64,000 nucleotides of DNA from Selaginella moellendorffii (taxonomy: Eukaryota; Plantae; Lycopodiophyta), in contig NW_003314266.1 of assembly GCF_000143415.4 (NCBI RefSeq), positions 1,324,463 through 1,388,462 of the forward strand, in the 5' to 3' direction. Each line of letters opens with the position of its first letter. The first letter of the stretch is position 1. Below the pieces are notes generated by a model, which saw nothing but the letters and a program-made list of their open reading frames with translations, was not told where the DNA came from and did no database searches. The position numbers were made by a program, and so were the translations under genes. Below are positions 49,400 to 59,957 of this stretch, piece by piece.

Positions 49400-50266
49400 T
49401 TATAATTTTGTAGACCATTTTTCATTTCTATAATAGTCTCGAATAACAACAATTCCATTTATTTGTACTGTTAAACTCCATGATACAATACAAAAAGGTT
49501 GTGATATGCAATATATGTTTGTAGCCCAAATAACGTTATTAATTTCATTTTTAATAATAAAATTTCCATCACTTTGGAGTATTGCTTTACAATTTTCTCC
49601 TTTGTTTTGTGTTTTAGAATCCCATATTACATGTTTTGCTTTATATAAGACAAGATTACAATCATATTGCATAATAAAAATATATTCTCGATTCTGAAGT
49701 ACATGGTCATTAAATATTGTTGTTCTAATTCCCTCAGGTCCACTTGTTAAAGTTGAAATATACATATTACAATCATGAATATTATTAATTAATTTCAAAT
49801 TAAAATTAGGCAATATGTTATTTACTTTTCTATTATTATTTCGGTGTAAAATGTATTCAATAACAAACTCGTGATGAGTAAGAGTTGCAGTACCCCATTT
49901 TTCAATTAGAGCATAATTTTTGAAAACATAAAATATATCCCAAAAGAATTGTTTTATTTTTGAACCATCGGCAAGAACAGTATCATAATTTGTTGGATCT
50001 AATCCACAGTTTATGGGATCTAATAAACGAATTAAAACTTCAATTATTAAACCATCACTTTGAATATAAAATATTCTTCTATCTACATTATTGGCATAAA
50101 AATATCTCCATGATGTATCTATTGATTTAACAAGACTTTCCATAACATTAATTACCTCCTGAATACCATTATTACTTAATAAACCTCTATATAAAGTATT
50201 TGAAAATTTCATTGATTTGCAAGATATAATAATAAATATAATTAAAAAAAGTTTCATTGTAGGCAT
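49400..50266 (-). CDS. Secreted 288-aa protein: signal peptide, unknown domain and C-terminal bulb-type (GNA-like) mannose-binding lectin domain; intronless and very AT-rich
   Basis: MKLFLIIFIIISC signal; FIMQYDCNLVLY (intact QxDxNxVxY), IWDSKT..CKAILQSDGNFII..VIWATN, LTVQINGIVVI. Confidence 0.8.
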   Translation of the reverse strand: MPTMKLFLIIFIIISCKSMKFSNTLYRGLLSNNGIQEVINVMESLVKSIDTSWRYFYANNVDRRIFYIQSDGLIIEVLIRLLDPINCGLDPTNYDTVLADGSKIKQFFWDIFYVFKNYALIEKWGTATLTHHEFVIEYILHRNNNRKVNNILPNFNLKLINNIHDCNMYISTLTSGPEGIRTTIFNDHVLQNREYIFIMQYDCNLVLYKAKHVIWDSKTQNKGENCKAILQSDGNFIIKNEINNVIWATNIYCISQPFCIVSWSLTVQINGIVVIRDYYRNEKWSTKL

Positions 50267-51359
50267 TGTTTTCTATTTATTATTGTTTATTTATATAATA
50301 TATAGAGCATAGGTATTATCGTTAGAATTATAAATTTTATTTAAAGTGTTACACATTCGATTATTAATTTAAAATATTACTAAAATTGTATCAATGCAAA
50401 ATACACTTCATATGAACACCTTGTCTCTTCAAGACCACTCATATGCACCATTATATTCTTAGTTAATAATAATGTGAAATAACCTTTAGGTGTGTAGTAG
50501 ATATTCCTTGAATTTACAAGTATATTCTAAGTATTCTTGTTCTTTTCTCTAATTATTTAATTTTAATATTAATACAAACTGTATTTAATGCAAGAAATGC
50601 AGGACAGTCACACTTGACAATCGAGTGAGCAGAAGTTTGAAAAAAATTGATTTAGACTCTGCCTGCTGTTCTAGATGGCAAACCAGCTCCACACTTCTAG
50701 TGGAAGATGCTCAAGAAAACAAAAAAAAAACTGCTACAAGAGAAAGAAGCTCAAAAGGAGGAGAAAGCTATAAAGGAAGCTAAGAAGCAAAGCTGGAGGA
50801 AAAGCAGTAAAAAAGAAAATATAATCCTTTTTGATACTTTTTGGAATTTCATTAGGCTGATAGATTAGAGAAGGCAAAAGTAAGAAATGGACAAAAGCAT
50901 GTTTGTGCTGCTCAAGTATTGAATCAAATGCCCATGCAATATATCTATAAGGAAACTAATGATATCAGAAAATAAATATGATTATTTGAATAATTTAAAG
51001 TTATTTTGTTTTTATTTTCTCTATATTATTATTTTTTTCTAGCTTTCCAAAGAAAATAACCAAGTGTTACTAGCTATATAGCATAGCAACTTATTAGTTA
51101 ATATTACAACTTCAAGGATTAGAACTGGATGTTATTAACTTTAGTGTCATTCTTGCTAAGTGCTGGACTACTCTACAATTGTACTTGTCAATAATGGAAA
51201 AAAACTGTTAGTATTAAAGTTTATAGATTGAATTTAACTCAATACTATTCTCTTTGATAGTCATACATTTATACCATTATAATATTTTCTTGTTGAAATG
51301 GAATACAAAAATGTGCATATCAATTAACCCAAAAACCCTAGCTTATATATAAGAATGAG

Positions 51360-52366
51360 TGGTCTGGATTAAAACTAATCTGATGGTTACCAAAATCCCA
51401 CTATGCTAATATTAATATACAGAATCATATTTGTATATTTAGACCTTACATCATCCCTTCCTTTCGGAATGATGGAAGATCATCAAGGTTTTCTCATGGA
51501 TGGGCTAGGATTTGGAGGAATAGATCTGTAGGTGGTGCTAATTGTTCCTGATCCCTTTGTACAAAGTGTTTCAGCTACTGCACATACACCATTTTTGAAG
51601 GATTGACTTGCTGGATGTCATGCAAAACTTTATAAACTTGTGGTCTAACTTGCTACAACACCTTCCACTAAGTAAGGAGCCCCTTAGATAAATTATATAC
51701 TATAATATTGGGGAAACGGATTAACACCAAGTCATCCACTTTGTACTTTACAAGTGAACTGGATCATATAGGAGTTTATATAGTGAAGCACCAATAGAAC
51801 TCTACACCTCTGTGATATACACATACCAAAGGGATGACAAATAACTATCTCAATCCGAATGCTGAAAGTTCATATACTTCACGATCATCCCTTTGAAGGT
51901 CTGAATGAGCCATTCCACTAAACCGTTTAACTGTGGATAATAAACACTCATGAAAGTGTGGCGTATTCTTAACCAAGACATCAAAATATGAAATACCTCA
52001 ACCATAAATGTGAGACTATTATCTGAAAGGATCTGCTCTAGACAAAAATGATAAAGCACCACTTGATTGAAGAGGAAGTATCCAATAGCAGTTGCAGACG
52101 TGCTAGCAAGAGCATCAACTTCCACTTAGCAAGTCAAGTAGTTAGAAGCAATAATGATATACTCATTGCTAGTAGTCAAGTGTGGAAAAGGCTTTATTAA
52201 ATCAAATGCCACCAACTCAAATCGACAAGAAATTGCAATTGGCTCTAACCATCCTTCTGTAGCATAGGGGGGGGGGGTATTACGAAAGCGTGGAATAAAG
52301 ATTGAAGGCACCACCAGTCATAAATGATCATTAAAATTCATCCCCACAAAATAAAGAAGATCATCC
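51360..52366 (-). mobile_element. Ty3/gypsy integrase relic with PPT and start of the 3' LTR
   Basis: FELVAFDLIKPFP..NEYIIIASNYL, QILSDNSLTF..HTFMSVYYPQLNGLVE. Minus-strand AAAGGAAGGGATGA|TGTAAGG at ~51464-51444. Confidence 0.8.
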
Positions 52367-53026
52367 AAGCTTTATTTCGTTAAAGTGGGATTTATTCAGT
52401 AAAATGGGACTAGGTACAAATTTTCAAGTATTTGAAAATGACGTGAAATTATATGTTTTTTGTCCAGGGGCTAGACATATCTGGGGCATGGTGACTAGCG
52501 CGGTGACTTTATGTCCAGACTGTGTCCATCTGGTTGTATAATAAATCTTATTGTCAAGGTGAACAAGCCGAATCTGAAGCTAAAGAAGAGCGATGGCAAG
52601 CGCGCACACACTATTTGTTTGTTCATTGAGCGTGTGGTGAGCTTTCCAAGATGAGCGTCATTCCTATTAGCCAGACATATAACTTAATGGTGAGAACATT
52701 TAGATATTATTCAATGTTATCTTTTTCTAACGAATCTAATTGTGAAGGTGTAGCAAGAGGCATTGCTAGTCTGGAGAAGTCATTTAACTCATTTGACCCT
52801 TAGTGTATTTTCATGAAACTAAATAACATTCATATTATTAAGGAATTTCTCTAGTACCTTTTTTTTACGACATAGAGGCTTGCATTTCTTTCAAAGGTGA
52901 TTTAGTAAAAGGCCTGAGGGCACATGCCATTCTATTTCTCAGACCGGTATTAAGATATACTAGTGCAAAGGGAAAAAGGTATTTGGTGATCAAGTAAATG
53001 GCATGAGGGCACACGCCATTATAAGC

Positions 53027-53284
53027 CTAAGCGTTAGTGGACACCTCCTTTTTGGTACTCTCAGTGGTACTATCATCCTTCTCCGGGTCAGTTGTTTTGC
53101 TTTGAATTGTTGTCTCTGACGTTACTGGGGCGTTCTCGATAGTTGTTAATGTTGCCGTTTGTTCAGAAAAATGATCACCTGGAGTATAGTACGAGGAGTT
53201 TGGAAGACTTATATATTCTACATCTTCACCTATCTCCTTCTCCGTCTCCTTTTCTGCCTCACTTACAGATTTTGTGCTTGCCAT
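53027..53284 (-). CDS. Small acidic Thr/Ser/Glu-rich 85-aa protein of unknown function
   Basis: MASTKSVSEAEKETEKEIGEDVEYISLPNSSYYTPG...; a diverged homolog at 36470 supports coding status. Confidence 0.5.
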   Translation of the reverse strand: MASTKSVSEAEKETEKEIGEDVEYISLPNSSYYTPGDHFSEQTATLTTIENAPVTSETTIQSKTTDPEKDDSTTESTKKEVSTNA

Positions 53285-54078
53285 GAGAACGCTCTTCACC
53301 CTAAAATATGGAGTTCGTTGTGTTATAAAAGGAAACCAACACACACGCTGCAAGGGAATGATGGTACATAAAGCACGTAAGCCCACAATATGGGTTTATG
53401 TGCCATTAATATGGGCCACACACCATATTATTAGATTTATGCACGTGTGATTGGTAAATGCATATGTCACATTATCTTTGTTTTACCTCACACACTATAT
53501 CAGGCTTAATGAACCATATCACATGTGCGCACATGCTATATATATGAAGAAGTATTATGCAAGGATAGAAAAATTCAATGCATGATTGTGGAGAGCAATG
53601 GCATGAAGCCACATGCTAAATAACATTTTAGAGAAAGAATTAAAATAAAAACATGCAAACAGTACTGAGTGGACCAAGACTTAGAAGTGCACAATTGAAT
53701 GAGGTATTTCTAATAAATATTTCACTCACCTCATATAGGAATGGCTACCACTCTCAAATGGCGTATCGCCTCATGCCATCACCTCGCAATTTGTTATAAC
53801 AATCCGATGAATTCATATTCGGCTTGTTCACCTTAAACTTTAAGTAATATTTGCTAGAACAACTAAAAATTTATACTTGTTATTTGTATCATCTCACCTA
53901 GGAATGGCGTAAGGCCACATGCCATCATGCCTCCTCTGATTCAGATTTGGATTGTTCACCTTGAAATAAAATACATTAGAAACTTAGTAAAGGAATATTA
54001 ATGAATCTCACCTTGAACCCGGGTTATGAATGCTCTTGCTGCATCTCTTGCATGGTCTGGCAAGGTGATGGTGGCACT

Positions 54079-57066
54079 CTACTTCTGCATCCAACCATGC
54101 ACAACATTATCCACCGATATGCTCATGCTGGGATCCCTTGGATTCAGCACCCATCTCTTTTCTAGGCAATCCTTCGTATATCCGGAACTTGGCTTGAACC
54201 ACTCCACAGTTACATTGAAGGAGTTAGTTTCCGCGTCCTCCTCTGCATCAGTGATGCAGCGCCCCACCCATATCATTTGTTTTTTATTACTGGGTTTGAC
54301 AAGCACGACCATTCCTTTGCAAACCTGTACTGGATTGAATGCTGAATCCGGCTTCTTGTTCCTCGGCCCACAATAGTGATCCTCAACATCGTTATCTGTC
54401 ACTGCATTTCCAGAGGACATTGTTCCGCTACTATCTGGTGCTCTGGGTTCTGGCCAAAAGGACTCTTCCAATTCTTCATATACAACCGGCCCATTTTGGA
54501 CAGCAGATATAATCTTCTCCCAGTATTCGAGCAAAGGCTTGCACCTCTGAAAATAAGATTCTCCACCAAACACCAACCCCCTCTTCCAGAAGGCAATATG
54601 CTGTCTAATCCCGGCCACTATACTTTCCTGGTCTTTGAGTCCATCCGGGTGCATCGGCCGTGGGGAACCCTGAGGAATCATAGGTTCCCCAGTTATGGGA
54701 TCTCTCTTGAAGAGTTCAATGCCGTCCACTGGCAGCCACATTGTGTCCCATTCTCTCATCTTGTACCTCATCACTGAAGCACCGTCACACATGCTGAAAT
54801 GAAACTGAAGAGGCTTGGAGTGGCCAATCAGCGTTTCGGATCCGTCCCTGATGTAGCCTCTTACAAACCCCTTAAAGTCTGGAACCTCTGTCAGAAGTGC
54901 AGCTTCAACAGTGCCTTTGATGCAATTTTGGAATTCATCGTAGAGTTGTGGGAGGGTGAGGACATTGGATCGCCGGAGGGACTCTGCCAGGTGACTGAAC
55001 ATGGCATTGACGTCTTCATGAGTGTGCCCAACCATGAGAAAGCCAAGTGTAACCGTTTCAAATATGCCTTTGGCAACAAGCATCGCCAAGTACGCGAAGA
55101 CGTACATGTTTTTGTTCTCACTGCCAGCATTGTCTGTTTGGAGCAGAAGATGAGGTGGAAGGCCACATCGGCCGCAAGAACTTCCTTGAGATTCTGCTTC
55201 GTTTGGATGAGGCTGTGCATTCACCGGGCGACCAACCTCGTCGGAATGGCATGAGGCCTCACGTGGTAACCCTACAATCTGACGGCCAACATATTCACTG
55301 GGATGGCATGGGGCCCCACGCGATACTGCAAGCCTTTGCTCCTCCTCCAGCTGAACCCTGTATGGGGTTCGATCGACAAGGGCCTTATGCAAGGGTTGGC
55401 CGTTCAGCTTAGTCTGCGCACTTTGCAGAGACCTTAAGTGTTTTGCTAGGGACGCAATCATCATGTTTGCACCCCCGCCACCCCATAGAGGTACAAAGAA
55501 GTTCCCATAGTTCTGGGCACCATGCCCATGAGCGATTATGCCAAACAAAGACACAGGCAGCTGCATGGATGAAGAGATTGCCTTGGGGGCAGGATTGAGT
55601 CGAGGTAAGCATGTCTTTTTCTGGTCCATTTTGTCATGGATGATGCAGAGGTAAGAGTCAGGTCTCTCCATGGAGAGAATCCTGTTATGATAATATGCAG
55701 TCCTGCAGCTTCTCTGCTCGATGTTGTGGTCGAGCCGCCTTCTAACCAATGTCTCTCGCTCTTGAGCGCTACAAGAATTCTTCGACAAAGCCATTTTGAT
55801 AGCAGTGCACTCGTCACACTTTGAAAAGCTGGAGTACTTTCCTATACTCACATCCCTGAACCTGTTGCTCCATAATCTACTAAATCTAGATTGGCTCAGC
55901 TTCCTGTAGCCATTACTCTGGAGTTCCCGATTCACATCTTCCAATATGGCCCCCTTGGTATACATGGAAAGGAGAACTCGTTGGGTGTCTCGTGTTCCAT
56001 CTTCCAAGAGGCGGGTTTTATGTGGTTGCTGCTCGCTACATGTCTTGACAAGCCTCTTGAAGATTGCCTCTCCATATACAACATGACCTCTGGTTTTGTG
56101 CGTACCGTCGTTCCCATGGACTGCCTATTGAACCCTTTGTTCCTCGAACTCAGTTTTGATTCTGTAGAATGTGGTTCGAGGGACTCCATAAATGATTCTC
56201 CATGCCTTCATGCAGACCAAACCCCTCTGGAAGACCATGCCCCCCACCTGATGTTCTGAAGCATCAACAGATGACTGTAATGCCTCATACACAAAATTGC
56301 GAGCTGCCTTCCAGGACAATGTCTTATATCTTGCTCTCTCCTCTTCAATAGCATCCCAATCAGCATGTTGACAGCACCTCCTCTTGCAACAAGCAACTGT
56401 CGAGACCATTCGAACCTCCATCGCCATTTTCTGCCTTTTCGGTTCGTTGCTCAGATCCCTTTGGCTGCGCTTTAGGAAGGTGTACTTTCTTTTCCCATGA
56501 AGAGATGTTCTGTCATCAGTTGTAGTGGTGTTTGATTGTGAATCCTTCACATTCTCAAACACTAAGTGCCTCAATTTCCACCGCACAATGCTTCCAATAG
56601 TCAGACTATTTTCTTCTGTGTCAACAACCTCTAAAATCGCAACTCCAATATCATCCCAGCCCAATTCTTGATTAGCAACGGCATCTCTTGGATCGACAAC
56701 TGTGGCTAAGCCCTCAGCTACCACCTCCCCCTTGGGGTTGTTTAGAAACACCTTCGCCTGAATCCATGTAGCACGGTTCTTAAGATCCACGGAGGGAACA
56801 TGCGTCGCACTTGCGCTGTCCCCAACATCTGCTTTCTTCTGAAGATTTTTCAAAGCAACAACAATATTTACCCCGACGACCATCTCTTCTCGTTCAATAA
56901 CGACCACATTCCCATCGAAGACAGTCTCTACTGATACAGCAGCATTGCCTTCCCCAAGCCTTTGACAGTGTATAACAAAGTTCCGATCCATAGACACAAG
57001 GGTCCCTTTTGCAACTCTCTTCCCACCATTCAAAATGTAAACCTTTTCCCCAACCCTGAAGGCCAT
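54079..57066 (-). CDS. Sola (Sola1-like) DDD transposase, ~1000 codons, interrupted by an in-frame TAG at 56127-56125; a second TAG at 54081-54079 is probably also premature
   Basis: ORFs 57066-56125 and 56007-54079 are the same frame. Motifs VCMKAWRIIYGV, FSKCDEC...H, CIIHDKMDQKKTCLP, LLQTDNAGSENKNMYVFAYLAMLV, LGFLMVGHTHEDVNAMFS. The frame stays open past 54079 to a GTGAG donor at ~54011. Confidence 0.8.
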
Positions 57067-57430
57067 TCTGAAAGTGCAGAAAAGAAGTTAAGACCATACA
57101 AAAAATGATTGGAGAATGACCTAAATCATAACATACCAAACAACCTCAATAGCATGAGGCCACATGCCATTATTCAAACATGCTATTGACACCCACGTGA
57201 AATTTCGCATTCACAAAATTGGCATGAGCCCTCATGCCATTTTGATATACACACAGCTGCAGGCAAGTAAAAACATACATGACAATACGCTAGCCATGAA
57301 ATTGCAAGAGCTCAAGATGGCATGTGGCCTCATGCCATTTCTAAATGTGGTCCTAAGCCATTCCATGGTGAACATACCAGGAAGCACAAGTGCCGAATAT
57401 CAAGAGGAAGCGGTAGCCACACCAAAGACA

Positions 57431-57530
57431 GTGCCGCTCGCAACACCGCAACTACTCGTAGCGCCGCTCGCAACACCGCAACTACTCGTAGCGCCGCTCG
57501 CACAAACTGCCACTCACATAAACTGCCGCT
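57431..57530. repeat. 30-bp tandem repeat GCCGCTCGCAACACCGCAACTACTCGTAGC (~2.3 copies plus degenerate units)
   Basis: Directly visible. Confidence 0.85.
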
Positions 57531-57928
57531 CGCAATGGCGCTTGCAATGCCGCAACCGCTCGTAGACGCATAAACCACAGCTCACAACGCCGCTTACACA
57601 AGTAGCGCTCATTGCGCTCAGCGGAACCAAGAACACGGCGCACAAAAATGATAGACCTAGGAATGAGTTCGAGAATTCAAAAATAACACACACTTGAACG
57701 TCACATCAAATCCTCTGACAAACCAGATCTTATGACTCCTCTGACAAATTTCAAACTGAGTAGCTTCTAGACTTTGATGTCGGAGGTTGAACTTTGTCAC
57801 ATCATGTCCTTGCCTCGATCCAGCTGTGCCATGTCAGTGATTCGAACTTTGCCATGCCATGTCAGCGATCCGCACCAAGATTATTCGCCGTGTAAAGGAA
57901 TAATTATGCTGTGTGTGTACGTCCATTT

Positions 57929-59260
57929 ATGGCAATATAAGGCCACACGCCATTCAAAGAATAATGCTAGTCGAGCATTTTTTGGTGCATTTTTGGGTTC
58001 AAAATTGCATGAGCCCACACGCTATAAAGTTTACCTATACCAAAAATAAAAACAGCTTTATTTACTTGGGAATTTAAGTGGTTGAGGCATTTTTAAACTT
58101 ACAAACACATGCCCTACTTACATTCCTTTGGTTGCTTAAAATTCAAAAATATTATAAACCTTCTTTTTGCATTTTCAATGTTTTCAATTATGGTTTTTGA
58201 TTTTCGCAGGACCAGCCTAGTAATCTATTTGCATCCCGTCATGTTTATAGCTAGCTTTCGTTTGTCCCCTTCGCTAGCCTGAGATACATCTGCTCGACAT
58301 CTGCCTCTTACAGCATTTGCCCAGAAAGGGCATCTTTCTTCACGCAGCATTTGCCACATGTTTAGGGCTTAGGGTTTAGGGTTTAGCAATTCAGTAGCTT
58401 GATAAACATGCAAATACAGAACTTGATGCAAAATCCTTTGATATGTCACAATGCCCCTAGGACCATAAACACATTTCAATAGAGAGGGTCCTTTCATTTC
58501 ATAACTCCTTACGTAGATCTTGGTGAAACCAGAGTTAGTGAAGTTAGTTTCTTGTGATCCCACATCTGATTGTGATGTCCCTTTGCAGTGTCGATGGAAA
58601 GGTCAATGCACACCAAACTGTAAAATCTTGGAGCAAAATAACGGTCGGATCTATGGCAAATGCCACTGAAACATTGTAAGGTTCGTGTGGTCTCATGTGG
58701 TGTCCGATCGAGATGCTTCTTTGCAGGGTCATCAAGAAAGACATTGTATACCATTCTGTAAAATCTAGTTGCGATCTAACGGTTGGATCTCTAGAAAACT
58801 CAAAAACATCTCGCGCGTGTCAGAATATCCTAGGAATATACTCCTATGTGACCCTGAAAATGGCATGCGGCCCCACGCCATTCAAGAGATAACGCCAGAT
58901 GACGCCAAGAATTTTTTGGTGCATTTTTTGGGTTCAAAATTGCATGAGCCCACACGCTATAAAGTTTATCTTTGCCAAATAGAGAAAAGTTTATCTGTGT
59001 CATGTGAGGTAGTTACAGTCCTTTGTGCTCGGCATCTGCCTCTTGCAGCATTTGCACTGAAAGGGAATTTTTCTCCATTCAGCATTTGGCCCTGAAAATG
59101 GCATGCGCCCACACGCCATGCAAGGAATAACGCCACAGGACGCTTGGATTTTTGGGTTTAAAATGTTTAGGGTTTTTTGGGTTTTTTCAAAATATTTTGG
59201 GTCCAACGTTTTTTGGGTTTCTTTGGTTCAAAATTGCATGAGCCCACACGCTATAATATT
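57929..59260 (+). repeat. Three dispersed ~120-160 bp direct repeats (57929-58050, 58860-58990, 59098-59260), each carrying two palindrome copies
   Basis: Each has ATGGC..CACGCCAT...TTTTTGG..GTTCAAAATTGCATGAGCCCACACGCTATAA. Confidence 0.85.
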
Positions 59261-59957
59261 GATTTGAGAGAAAAATAGAAACAGATAGAATTTCTTTATT
59301 TAGCTAAACATCTGCCATTTTTGGAAATACAAGATGCTTTGGAATATCCAATCATGCATGGTATAAATATAGCGAGGGTATTAAATGATATCCCAATCAT
59401 GATCTTTCTTTTGGATTTCGCGTGCATGCAGTCCGAGGAATGATGACGTTGCGGATTTCTTTTGGATTTTGCGTGCTTGCATGCGCGCGGCAATCCAGAA
59501 ATTAATGGTGGCGCCCAAGTTCGAGGAATGATGACGTGGCGGGATTACCAACCGTTGTGACATTTCGCGCGTGTGAGGTTAGGTTTTGCATTTTGCTTCG
59601 TACTCGCGCTCGCATCGCGCTCCCACTCGTGATCACGCTCACATTCGCGCTCATCTACCTTCTCTACAGGTTTCTCGTGTGCATCGGCGTCCACTCACGC
59701 TTGCATCACACTCGCGCTCGCATCGCGCTCGTGTGCATCGGCGTCCACTTCAAGACACACCCAGTTTGTAACTTCGCCGCCAACTCCCCCGCCCACTCCG
59801 CCACCCACACGCAGCCCACTTGGCGTCCCGGGAGATTTCAGTGCCACTCTCCAACTGTTAAGTGGCAGATTAGCCTTGCTGCTACGATCCGCTGCACACA
59901 CAGTGCACATTCGCCAGCGAGTCCGGCCTCGATTGTCACGCCTCCATTCGGCTTCAA

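Noticed and set aside
58361-58386. TTTAGGG run as an interstitial telomere or chromosome-healing site
   Set aside because: Only ~3.5 imperfect units; comparable telo-box-like runs occur at 1226 and 42492, so promoter-type motifs are more likely.
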